Notes under the pieces: model-generated | Database searches by the model: none | What the model was told of the DNA's origin: nothing | Seen by the model: the letters and a program-made list of their open reading frames with translations, nothing else | NCBI GenBank assembly: GCA_019244185.1 | Contig: JAFATB010000005.1 | Location: 32,001-96,000, forward strand | Reading direction: 5' to 3' | From: Acidobacteriota bacterium | GTDB lineage: Bacteria; Acidobacteriota; Thermoanaerobaculia; Gp7-AA8 | DNA length: 64,000 bases | Program-made: the position numbers and the translations under genes | Part shown: one piece after another, positions 55,593 to 64,000 of the stretch | Position numbering within the stretch: position 1 is the first letter of the stretch | Layout: each line of letters opens with the position of its first letter

Positions 55593-56163
55593 GCGCGGAT
55601 TCGCGCTGCAGCCGACGCAGCGCAGCGCGCTGGGGCACGTTCCGCGTAGTACCACCGGCTGGCGCCTCCTGCGCATGCGCGCAGCGGCCACGCGCATGGT
55701 CGCCCGCACGCGCTACGGCGACTGCAGCGGGACGCGCCCTCTCCGCCTTCACCGCATCGCGCACAACACTCGCTCAGCCGCGCAACGCCCCATGACACTG
55801 CGCGTCATACTCGGTGAGCGGATGCGCGTTGCGCGCTCGCTGCTCGGGCGCCTCCCGCCGCGGCGCCGCATCGATGCGCGCCCCGCACGCCCGACGCCGA
55901 CCACACCGCACGCGATTCGCGGGCCGTCCCATCGCCACCCTCGACTCGCTCAGCCGCGCAGCGCCGGCTGCAGCGCAGCGTCACGCGTCATCACCACGCC
56001 GTCGCTCGCGCGCCTCCTGCGCATCGCGCCGCGGTCATGCGTCGATACACGCCTCGCAGGCACCACGCGCCCGCAGTGCGCGTGATCTCTCCGATCTCAC
56101 CATCGCAACCGCGCGACTCGCGCTCAGCCGACGCAGCGCGGCGCGCTGCGTCGGCTGCAGCGC
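55593..56163. repeat. degenerate ~170-bp tandem repeat array with 21-bp terminal inverted repeats
   Basis: CAGCCG(A)CGCA at 55609, 55775, 55951, 56125; GCGCCTCC at 55662, 55848, 56010; 55603-55623 is the exact reverse complement of 56143-56163. Confidence 0.7.
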
Positions 56164-56174
56164 CGCCCCCACCC

Positions 56175-57093
56175 CTAATGCCGCGCCGCGCGCCGCTTCG
56201 CGGGCGGCGCGGCGACCGGGCCGCGCAGGTTCGCGTCGAGAAAATCGTCGATCGCCTGCACGTATCGCGTCTCATCGAACGCTTTGCCGCCGTGGTCGCC
56301 GTTCGGGATCAGGATCAGCTGCGACGCCACGCCGCCGGCGCGCAGCGCGGTATCGAGATCGACGCTCTGCTTGTACGAGACCAGGCAGTCGAGCAGGCCG
56401 TGCTCGATGAGGAACGGCGGGTCGTCGGGCGTGATGTACGTCATCGGGCTCGCCATCATCGTCTCCGCGCGGCACGACTGACTGGATCGCGCAGCCCATC
56501 AGCAGCGACGGCGGCATGAACGACGCGTTTCCATCGAGCGGGATGCACGGCAGTTTCTGTTCTTCCAGCTTCAGCAGATCCGTCGGTCCGTAAAGATCGA
56601 CCACCGCCTTCACGCGGCTCGAGAACTGCGGATTGCCGAGCGACAGCCCTTCGAGCGTATCGACGCCGCCGCTCGTGCCGAGGACGGCGGCGAGATGGCC
56701 GCCGGCAGACGTGCCGAAAACGCCGATGCGGTTCGGATCGAGATGAAAGCGCGCCGCGTTCGCGCGCAGCCAGCGCACCGCGGCCTTGCAGTCTTCGATC
56801 TGCGACGGCCACGTCCACGCCGGCGCGAGCCGGTAGTCGATGCTCGCCACCGCGTAGCCGCGCGTCGCCTGCCGCAGCGCGGGGCCGCCCGTGCGGTCGC
56901 CGGTGATCCATGCGCCGCTGTGCAGATAGAGGATCACCGGATGCGGACCGGCGCCGTCGGGCACGCGCAGATCGAGTTGCAATGACGTGCCGCCGACGTT
57001 CGCGTATTCGAGCGACTCGTACGTCGTGAACGTGCCGGCGGACGCGGCCGTCGCGCACGCGAGGAGAACCAGGGCAAGCAGGGACCGGGACAT
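56175..57093 (-). pseudogene. secreted alpha/beta hydrolase (BD-FAE/HSL-like esterase), frameshifted
   Basis: HSGAW, DYRL and GTSAGG in one frame; HGLLD and GDHGG in another; ACTG-ACTG duplication at 56477-56484. Confidence 0.85.
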
Positions 57094-57107
57094 GAGTCCC
57101 TGAAAAC

Positions 57108-58199
57108 TCAAACTTTCAGAATGATGTTCCGCCGGTAGAGCTCCCACGCCACCGCCAGCCAGAACAGGACGAACGTCATCCCCCACAGAAACGACGCGAG
57201 GTGCGGCTCGAAGTAAGGCTTGAACGTGAGCTCGTAGCTGAGCGGCTGCAGCGCGCGGCCGTGAATCTTGATCAGGCCGAGCAGCCGCGCCATCAGTCCC
57301 GAGCCGACGAAGAGGATCAGCGGGTTGACACCGTAAACCACGAACGGCTTCGTCCACCCGCGCCACCCTCGGATGTCGATGCAGTAGATGCAGAGCGCCA
57401 GCAGCACGCACGCGAAGCCGGCCGTGAACACAACGAACGAGCTCGTCCAGAGATTCTTGTTGATCGGAAAGACGAAATGCCACGCCTGCCCGATCGCCAG
57501 TCCGGCGATGCCGCCGATGGTCAACAGCTTGACGTTCCGCTCGCGGATCCATGGCGTGACGAGCACGCCGAGGAGCGCCGTCGCGATGGCCGGCAGCGTC
57601 GACAGCGGCCCCTCGGGATCCCACGTCTCGCTGATGGACCAGATGTGATGTTCGCCGAGAACCGCACGGTCCACCTGCGCCGCGATCGTCGCGCCCGGCG
57701 GCTCCAGCGGACCCAGCGACAGAATCGCCCAGTAGCCCAGAAGAATCGCGATCACGATCGCGATCATCACGCGCCGCGATGCGCGCCAGGCGATCAGCGC
57801 CGCGATCGTGTAGACGATGCCGATGCGCTGCAGCACGCCGAGGTAGCGGAGGTGCTCGACGCGGTGCACGATGCGATCGCCGAGCGTCGCGCCGGGCGGC
57901 ATCTTTCCCCACCAGTAGAACGGAAACCAGTTGAGCAGCAGGCCGCAGAGAAAGATCAGCGCGCCGCGTCTCAGGATCGCGCGCGGCTCTTTCCGCGAGA
58001 GTCCCGTCGTGACGCCGACGATGAAGAGGAAGAACGGAAAGATGAGATCCGTCGGCGTCCAGCCGTGCCACTCCGCGTGATCGAGCGGCCACCAGACCGC
58101 GCTCCACGTGCCGGGATCGTTGACGAGAAGCATCGCCGCGATCGTCGCGCCGCGGAAGACGTCGAGCGCCACGAGGCGCGGCCGCGGTTCCGCGCTCAT
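57108..58199 (-). CDS. HGSNAT/NagX-like membrane acyltransferase
   Basis: LDVFRG..., HAEWHG.TPTDLIFPFFLF, GVLQRI, DPEG.LST, INKNLWTSS. Confidence 0.9.
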   Translation of the reverse strand: MSAEPRPRLVALDVFRGATIAAMLLVNDPGTWSAVWWPLDHAEWHGWTPTDLIFPFFLFIVGVTTGLSRKEPRAILRRGALIFLCGLLLNWFPFYWWGKMPPGATLGDRIVHRVEHLRYLGVLQRIGIVYTIAALIAWRASRRVMIAIVIAILLGYWAILSLGPLEPPGATIAAQVDRAVLGEHHIWSISETWDPEGPLSTLPAIATALLGVLVTPWIRERNVKLLTIGGIAGLAIGQAWHFVFPINKNLWTSSFVVFTAGFACVLLALCIYCIDIRGWRGWTKPFVVYGVNPLILFVGSGLMARLLGLIKIHGRALQPLSYELTFKPYFEPHLASFLWGMTFVLFWLAVAWELYRRNIILKV

Positions 58200-59017
58200 G
58201 CGAGATTGCGATACGCCTTGAGGTGCCGGATGGCGGCCTGCTTTTCGCCGCGCCGCTCGTAGATGCCGGCGAGGTTGTAATGCGCGTCGGCATTCGCTCC
58301 GTCGAGCGCGATCGCACGCTTGTACGCCGCGATGGCGTCGTCGAGGCGGCCAAGGTCTTCGAGCGCGACGCCGAGGTTGAACGCCGCCGTCTCGTGGCGC
58401 GGCTCCGCGACGAGTGCAGCTCGGTAATGCTCCTCGGCCGCCGCGGGCTCGCCTTCCTCGTGCAGCAGACGCCCGAGGTTCACGTGCGCGTCGGCGTGAT
58501 CAGGATCGAGGCGCAGCGCGCGCTCGTAGGCATCCTTCGCTTCGTCGAACGACGTCATCTCGAGGTCGCACGCGAGGTCGTACCACTCCTCCGCGCTGAG
58601 GTCGCGCTCGCCGTCACGCGCGGCGGCCGCGTTGCGATGAAGGAGCGGCGCGGCCGCGGCTGCGATGTCGGCGACCGAGAAATCGAAGAGCGACTGTCCC
58701 GACTCCGGGTTCCACACCGTCTCGCCGTCGCGCACGATCACGCGCTCGCCGTCCGCCGCGATGCGCACGCCGGTCAGCGAGCGTCCCTCGGGTAACTGCT
58801 CGCGTAATGCCGCGAGCACGCGCCGCACCTTGCGCTGCGGAATGCGCGCGGCGGTCAGCTCGCCGGCCGTGCGGAGGATGATGAGGTCGTGAAAGCCGAA
58901 GCGCAGCTCGCCGCGCGGCCCGCGCTCCGGCTCGAGAAATCCCTTCGTGGCGTACGCGCGAATCTGCGCCGGCGAAATGCCGAGCATCGCCGAGACCTCG
59001 CGAAGGGAGTAGGACAT
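58196..59017 (-). CDS. MerR-like HTH + TPR protein
   Basis: YSLREVSAMLGIS...F.FHDL N-terminus; three to four TPRs (AHVNLG, AAFNLG, AHYNLA). Confidence 0.85.
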   Translation of the reverse strand: MSYSLREVSAMLGISPAQIRAYATKGFLEPERGPRGELRFGFHDLIILRTAGELTAARIPQRKVRRVLAALREQLPEGRSLTGVRIAADGERVIVRDGETVWNPESGQSLFDFSVADIAAAAAPLLHRNAAAARDGERDLSAEEWYDLACDLEMTSFDEAKDAYERALRLDPDHADAHVNLGRLLHEEGEPAAAEEHYRAALVAEPRHETAAFNLGVALEDLGRLDDAIAAYKRAIALDGANADAHYNLAGIYERRGEKQAAIRHLKAYRNLA

Positions 59018-59073
59018 GCCGAACTCCATTGTACGTGGAGCGGCACGCGGCGCCCGAGGGTTAGACTGGCGAC

Positions 59074-59445
59074 ATGGGCGACGACGCCATCGACGAGCTC
59101 TATCGTGCGTGGAGTGACGCGTTTCGCACGGGTGACTTCGACGCGATCGCCGGACTGCTCACGCCGGATTACGTGCTCTTCGCACCGGGTCGTGAGCCGG
59201 TCGGGATCGATGCGCTGCGGCCGCAGCTCGAGCGCGTGTTCGCCGCGTTCGAGGTGTCGATCGCGTTCGAGCGCGAAGAGCGGATCGTGTCGGGAGAGCT
59301 CGCGTACGAGCGCGGCTGGGATGTGCAGACCGTTCGGCCGCGCGACGGCGGCGAAGTGCGCGAACAACGGCAGCGGGTGTTTCTGATCCTGCAGCGCGGC
59401 GACGACGGCCGCTGGCGCTTCGCGCGCGGCGTGGTGCTGCCGTAG
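59074..59445 (+). CDS. NTF2/DUF4440 family protein
   Basis: W..AF..GD, SGELAYERG, DGRWR. TAGACT lies 6 nt upstream. Confidence 0.82.
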   Translation: MGDDAIDELYRAWSDAFRTGDFDAIAGLLTPDYVLFAPGREPVGIDALRPQLERVFAAFEVSIAFEREERIVSGELAYERGWDVQTVRPRDGGEVREQRQRVFLILQRGDDGRWRFARGVVLP

Positions 59446-59447
59446 GC

Positions 59448-59852
59448 TCAACGCGCGTTCGCGCGCATCACCGGCTGCATCATCGACACGCGATTTCCCT
59501 CCGTGTCGAGAAACGACACGTAGAGGCCGACGCCGGGGATCTCCATCGGGTCGCCGAGGACGTTGCCGCCGGCGCGCTCGACATTCGCCATCGCGGCGCG
59601 GATGTCGTCGACGGCGATGACGACGGACGGCACCTGATTCGGCCAGCCTTCTTTCTTGGGGAAGAAGCCGCCGTTGATGGCGCCGGGATGGTTCGGCTGG
59701 CCGTTCTCGTCCGACTCCGTCGTCCTGGCGAGGACGTAGTCGTTCATCTCGGGACCGAGGAGCTGCGTCTGCCAGCCGAAGGTCTTCGTGTAGAAGTTCG
59801 CCATGCGCTGGCGGTCTTCGGCTGGCAGTTCGAAGTGGATGACGGGATTCAT
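59448..59852 (-). CDS. VOC family protein
   Basis: VIHFELP, FY...FGW, GAINGG, DTEGNR. Confidence 0.9.
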   Translation of the reverse strand: MNPVIHFELPAEDRQRMANFYTKTFGWQTQLLGPEMNDYVLARTTESDENGQPNHPGAINGGFFPKKEGWPNQVPSVVIAVDDIRAAMANVERAGGNVLGDPMEIPGVGLYVSFLDTEGNRVSMMQPVMRANAR

Positions 59853-59864
59853 CGACAGCTTGCG

Positions 59865-60806
59865 CTACCGCGCCTTGCTCTTCGCCAGACGCGCGACCTT
59901 CGCCGCGCGCGGCGCGCGTTTCGGCGCCTTGCGCTCGCGCGCCTTGATGGGCAGCTTGTCGGAGACGGCGAGCTTCGCGGCGACGCTCGTCTTCGCCGCC
60001 GCCGCCGCGCGTTTCGGCGCGGGCGCGGCTTCCGGCTCGGCGGCGCCGAGGCTGCGGCGCAGCGCATCCATGAGGTCGATGACCTGCGCGCGCGGCTCCT
60101 CGGCCGTCGCGTTGGTGATCTCCTCCCCTTCGATCTTGCGCTGGATCAGCTCGCGCACGCGATCGGAGACGTCGTCGCGATACTGCGCGGGATCGAAGAC
60201 CTCGGTCGCGCTCATCTCGGCGAGCTGAATCGCCATCTGCAGCTCGTTGTCGCGGATCTCCGTGTCGCCGAGGTCGAGCTCATCGATCGAACGGATCTCG
60301 TTCGGGTAGTAGAGCTGCTGCATCACGAGGCCGTTGCCGAGCGGACGCAGCACGACCACGTAGCCTTTGCCGCGCGCCGCGTACTTGGCGACGGCCCAGC
60401 GGCCGGTCTCCTGCAGCGCACGGGCGAGGAGCGCGTACGCGCGCGAGCCGCCCTTGTCGGGGCCGAGGTAGTACGGCTTCGCGAAGTAGATCGGATCGAT
60501 CTGGTCGGAGCGCACGAACTCCGTGATCTCGATCTGCTGCGTCGACTTCTCCTCGAGCGCCTTCAGCTCGTCCTCGTTGAAGAGGACGTACTGGCCGCGC
60601 GTGAACTCGTAGCCTTTCACGACCTCTGCGCGATCGATGGTGCGCTCGTCTTTGGGACAGAAGAGCTGCTGCTGGACGCGGCTGCCGCAGTCGCGGTGCA
60701 GCATGTTGAAGGAAATCTTTTCGGACGTCTCGGCCGCGGAGAAGAGTTTCACCGGGATCGAGACGAGGCCGAAGGCAATCTGTCCTGTCGCAATGGCTCG
60801 TGGCAT
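59865..60806 (-). CDS. ku: non-homologous end joining protein Ku
   Basis: GQIAFGLVSIPVKL, VKGYE, IDPIYF..PYYL, VIDLMDALRRSL, basic K/A/R tail. Confidence 0.95.
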   Translation of the reverse strand: MPRAIATGQIAFGLVSIPVKLFSAAETSEKISFNMLHRDCGSRVQQQLFCPKDERTIDRAEVVKGYEFTRGQYVLFNEDELKALEEKSTQQIEITEFVRSDQIDPIYFAKPYYLGPDKGGSRAYALLARALQETGRWAVAKYAARGKGYVVVLRPLGNGLVMQQLYYPNEIRSIDELDLGDTEIRDNELQMAIQLAEMSATEVFDPAQYRDDVSDRVRELIQRKIEGEEITNATAEEPRAQVIDLMDALRRSLGAAEPEAAPAPKRAAAAAKTSVAAKLAVSDKLPIKARERKAPKRAPRAAKVARLAKSKAR

Positions 60807-60901
60807 GGGAGACACCTTTCAGTTGCTCGTAAAACCAGATTTCGCCTGCCGATAATCCGTTCCTGGCTGCCCTGGGAACTGTGCATTTTACAATGCTTGC
60901 G

Positions 60902-61330
60902 ATGTCGCGCTACGCGAAGATACAGGCCGTAGTGAAACGCATCCCGCGCGGCCGCGTGGCCACCTACGGCGACATCGCCACTCTCGCAGGATTAGAGGGC
61001 CACGCGCGGCAGGTCGGCTACGCCCTGCACCATCTTCCCGAGCGCAGCGACGTCCCGTGGCACCGCGTGATCAATGCGAAGGGTGAGATCAGCCCGCGCA
61101 GCGCCGGAGACTCGCACGAGCTGCAGCGGATGCTGCTCGAAGCGGAAGGCGTCGCGATCAGCCTGGCGGGGAAGATCGATCTGAGCGTGTACCGGTGGAA
61201 GGGGACGCGAGCGGCGCCGCCTCGCGGCGCCGCTCGCGTCTCGCCTACTCCGTCGGCAGCCCGAGCGCCACGCGCGCCTGCCCGCCGAGGTACGTCGCGG
61301 AAGGCGGGTCGTAATTCGAGAGCACGATGA
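60902..61330 (+). CDS. alkyltransferase-like (ATL/MGMT family) protein
   Basis: IPRGRVATYGDIA, ARQVG, PWHRVIN (Trp replaces catalytic Cys), LEAEGV. 3' end unusually extended. Confidence 0.88.
   Translation: MSRYAKIQAVVKRIPRGRVATYGDIATLAGLEGHARQVGYALHHLPERSDVPWHRVINAKGEISPRSAGDSHELQRMLLEAEGVAISLAGKIDLSVYRWKGTRAAPPRGAARVSPTPSAARAPRAPARRGTSRKAGRNSRAR
61204..61240. repeat. perfect 17-bp-stem hairpin
   Basis: GACGCGAGCGGCGCCGC-CTC-GCGGCGCCGCTCGCGTC between convergent genes. Confidence 0.8.
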
Positions 61331-62282
61331 TCGTGTACGGACCTTCGAGCTCGACGACCGCGTTCGCGCCGGGCGTGCCGCCGGCCCAGCTGACACCGGG
61401 AACCTTGCCGACGAACGACTCGTACGTCTTCGCGCCGAGGAGTTGCGGCAGCGCACGCGTGAATCGGAGCAGATCCGCCGCGGTCGCGTAACCGCCTCCG
61501 GCGGATGAGCCGCGCGCCGGAAGGAAATTCGTATTCGGCACGCGCCGATGCGGCTCGCCGGTCATGCCGGTGGCCCGATTCGCGACAGCGTCGCTGGCCG
61601 CGAAACTGCCGCTGCTCATCATGCCGGCGGGCTTGTAAATGTGGTTGTGGATGTAGTCGTAGTAGGTCTGCCCGCTGAGTTTCTCGATGACGAGGCCGAG
61701 CGCGATATAGCCGGCGTTCGAGTAGCGGTGCTCGGTGCCCGGCTCGAACTGGAGCGGCTGATCGGCGAACAGCTTCAGGTAGTCCTGCAGCGAATCGAGC
61801 GAGGCATGTCCGGCCGCGAATCGCTCGCCGAAAACGTCGCCCATCCCGGAGCTGTGATCGATGAGCTGCTGGATCGTGATGCGATCGGCGATCTTCGACG
61901 GGAAGTCGGGCAGATACGTGCGCAGCGTCTTCGAGAAGTCGAGCTTGCCCACGTCGCGCAGCTGCAAGAGCGCAACCTGCGTGAAGATCTTGTTGATCGA
62001 CCCGATGTTGTATTTCGTGTCGTCGTCATTCCCCTTGCCGTACGACTTCGTCAGCAGCGGTTTGCCGTCTTTCGCGATGAGGACCGTGCCGGCGAAGAGA
62101 TCGCGCTCGTTGAGCGCGCGCGCGAGCGCGTCGATCGAGCCGAACGCGTCATCGCTCGCGGCGAGCTTCGGCCAATCCTTCGTCACTTCTTCGCCGTTAC
62201 CGCCGCCGATGCGGATGATCTTTCGCGGCTGCTGCGCAAGCGCGGTGCAGGCAATCAGCAGAATCCATAAAACACGCTTCAT
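61245..62282 (-). CDS. serine hydrolase, beta-lactamase family (AmpC-like), secreted
   Basis: SINK (SxxK), YSN, LIDHSSG; signal peptide. Confidence 0.9.
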   Translation of the reverse strand: MKRVLWILLIACTALAQQPRKIIRIGGGNGEEVTKDWPKLAASDDAFGSIDALARALNERDLFAGTVLIAKDGKPLLTKSYGKGNDDDTKYNIGSINKIFTQVALLQLRDVGKLDFSKTLRTYLPDFPSKIADRITIQQLIDHSSGMGDVFGERFAAGHASLDSLQDYLKLFADQPLQFEPGTEHRYSNAGYIALGLVIEKLSGQTYYDYIHNHIYKPAGMMSSGSFAASDAVANRATGMTGEPHRRVPNTNFLPARGSSAGGGYATAADLLRFTRALPQLLGAKTYESFVGKVPGVSWAGGTPGANAVVELEGPYTIIVLSNYDPPSATYLGGQARVALGLPTE

Positions 62283-62321
62283 GTCGTTCTCTCCTTTGCA
62301 CCGGAGCGTACGAAGCGCGGA

Positions 62322-63653
62322 TCAAGATTTGATGAAGGGCAGCGCGACGATGAACGCCGGCTTCTCGTAGCGGATCGTGCCGCCGTGCAGCTCGACGAGC
62401 TGCTTCGCGATGGCAAGGCCGAGACCCGCGCCGCCGCTGCCTCGCGCGCGCGACGCGTCGACGCGATAGAAACGATCGAAGATGCGCTCCACGTGCTCCG
62501 GCGGCACGCCGGGACCGTCATCGTCGACACGAATGACGGCGAGGCCACCTTCGCGCGCCGCGTGCACGTGAACGCACGACGACGCATGCGCCAGCGCGTT
62601 GACCGCGAGGTTGCGCACGACCTGCACGAGGCGGCGCGCGTCGGCGCGGACGACGAGCGCGGGCTCGACGTCGTGCGTCAGCGCCGCTGCATGGGCCGGC
62701 AGGTTCGCGAGCGCGCGAGCGACGATCTCGCTCACCGCGACCTCCGCGAGCTCGAGGCGCAACTGGCCGGCGTCGGCCAACGAGAGCTGCTGCAGATCGT
62801 CGACGAGCCGCGCGAGGATTGCGGTTTCTTCCTCGAGTGATGCGAGGAGCTTCGTGTCGGTCGCGATGACGCCGTCCTGCGCCGCCTCGAGCTGCACGCG
62901 GATGTTCGTGAGCGGTGTGCGCAGCTCGTGCGCCACGTCGCTGACCATGTTTCGGCGCGCGCGCTCGTTCCGCTCCAGCGCCTCCGCCATCGAGTTGAAC
63001 GCACTCCCGAGCTCCGCGATCTCATCGTTGCCGCGGACGCGGACGCGGGCATCGAGCCGCCCGCTCGCGAGCGCCCGCGCGCCGCTCGTCAGCGCGTCGA
63101 CGGGCGAGAAGACGCGGCGGAAGATCGTCAGCATCACCGCGACCGCGAGCAGCGCGCCAGTGGCCAGCCCGGCGATGAGCCAGCGGTCGACGGAGACGCG
63201 AAACGAGCGCCGTAACGCATCCGGCTCCGGCGGAACGAACGTCACGGTGCCGACGCCCGCGATGCGCTGCGATGCGCCGACGATGCGGATCGCCGAGATC
63301 GAGCCGTTCGTCCGCGCGGTCAATACGAGCTCTCCGCCGGGCCTGACCGTGATTGCGTAGCGCGCCAGCTCCGGCGGATAGCGCGCGATCACGCGGCCGC
63401 CGGGATCGAAGACGAGCGTGCGGACGCCGTATTGCCGGTGCGCGCGCACGAGCGAATCCTGCAGCCGTGCGAGGCCGCCGGCGCGGATGAGCGCCAGCGC
63501 GCCGCGGAAGTCGCGGCCGCGCTGCTCGATGAGAAAGCGGTCGAACTCGTGCTTGACGGCTACGCTCGAGTAGATGCCCGCGGCGGCGAGCATCGCCGCG
63601 ACGATGGCCGTCATCGCCACGACGAGACGCCAGCGCAGCGAGCGGATGATCAT
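62322..63653 (-). CDS. sensor histidine kinase (BaeS-like)
   Basis: 2 TM helices, HAMP, AHELRTPL, N-box, DDGPG, GAGLGL. Confidence 0.93.
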   Translation of the reverse strand: MIIRSLRWRLVVAMTAIVAAMLAAAGIYSSVAVKHEFDRFLIEQRGRDFRGALALIRAGGLARLQDSLVRAHRQYGVRTLVFDPGGRVIARYPPELARYAITVRPGGELVLTARTNGSISAIRIVGASQRIAGVGTVTFVPPEPDALRRSFRVSVDRWLIAGLATGALLAVAVMLTIFRRVFSPVDALTSGARALASGRLDARVRVRGNDEIAELGSAFNSMAEALERNERARRNMVSDVAHELRTPLTNIRVQLEAAQDGVIATDTKLLASLEEETAILARLVDDLQQLSLADAGQLRLELAEVAVSEIVARALANLPAHAAALTHDVEPALVVRADARRLVQVVRNLAVNALAHASSCVHVHAAREGGLAVIRVDDDGPGVPPEHVERIFDRFYRVDASRARGSGGAGLGLAIAKQLVELHGGTIRYEKPAFIVALPFIKS

Positions 63654-64000
63654 TTCGCGAGCTTGTAGCCGACGCCGAAGACCGTGACGATCGCCTTCCC
63701 CGGTTCGCCGAGCTTCTTCCGCAGGTTCATGATGTGGACGTCGACGGTGCGATCGAGGCCTTCGTACTCTCCGCCGAACGCGCGCTCCACGAGCTCCTGC
63801 CGCGTGAAGGTGCGGCCGGCGGCGCGAGCGAGCGCGTCGAGCAGCCGGTACTCGGTCGGCGTGACGCTCACGGCCTCGCTGCCGACTCGGATCTCGCGGC
63901 GCGCACGGTCGATGGTCATGCCGTGCAGTTGCACGAGGTCTTCCTCTCCGGCGCGCCGCAGCACCGCGCGCACGCGCGCCATCAGCTCCCGCGGGCTGAA
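63650..64000 (-). CDS. OmpR-family response regulator (5'-partial)
   Basis: FSPRELMARVRAVLRR, TPTEY, RTVDVHI, TVFGVGY winged helix; runs off the window. Confidence 0.93.
   Translation of the reverse strand, partial: FSPRELMARVRAVLRRAGEEDLVQLHGMTIDRARREIRVGSEAVSVTPTEYRLLDALARAAGRTFTRQELVERAFGGEYEGLDRTVDVHIMNLRKKLGEPGKAIVTVFGVGYKLAK

Noticed and set aside
55675-56085. 136-aa ORF across the repeat region
   Set aside because: Low-complexity Arg/Ala/Pro translation, no codon-position bias and no credible start signals.
55593-56163. CRISPR array interpretation of the repeats
   Set aside because: The repeats are degenerate, the period is ~170 bp, the intervening sequences are related to each other, and no cas genes are present.
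56455-56495. Programmed ribosomal frameshift in the esterase
   Set aside because: No slippery heptamer; an exact 4-bp duplication explains the shift.

Overview
GC-rich, densely coding bacterial chromosome segment with about 72 CDS. Gene content and style suggest Acidobacteriota, possibly Thermoanaerobaculia (inference). No rRNA, tRNA, CRISPR array, transposase or phage genes were seen. Core genes include nuoB-nuoCD-nuoI, two cysteine desulfurases, def, murI, pepA, moaC, mobA, pcnB, lepB, P5C dehydrogenase and Ku. Accessory content includes a glyco-modification cluster (radical SAM/SPASM, methyltransferases, GT-C-like, GT4, 2OG-Fe(II) oxygenase) and c-di-GMP signalling proteins. The most notable observations are: (1) two stand-alone modules pairing a MenT1/DUF6036-like nucleotidyltransferase with a ~70-aa protein, in opposite gene order, with a shared [ST]P[EQ]QxLAxxxEL motif (candidate toxin-antitoxin family); (2) pervasive TANNNT elements just upstream of start codons (leaderless-type promoters), including four divergent gene pairs sharing one 10-bp ANNNTANNNT element; (3) a ~570-bp non-coding degenerate ~170-bp repeat array bounded by 21-bp perfect inverted repeats; (4) a strong-SD 6-codon uORF followed by a pyrimidine tract; (5) a Rex-like operator upstream of an isolated nuoB-CD-I module; (6) an esterase broken by a 4-bp duplication. 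Product calls come from motif recognition only; no database search was run.
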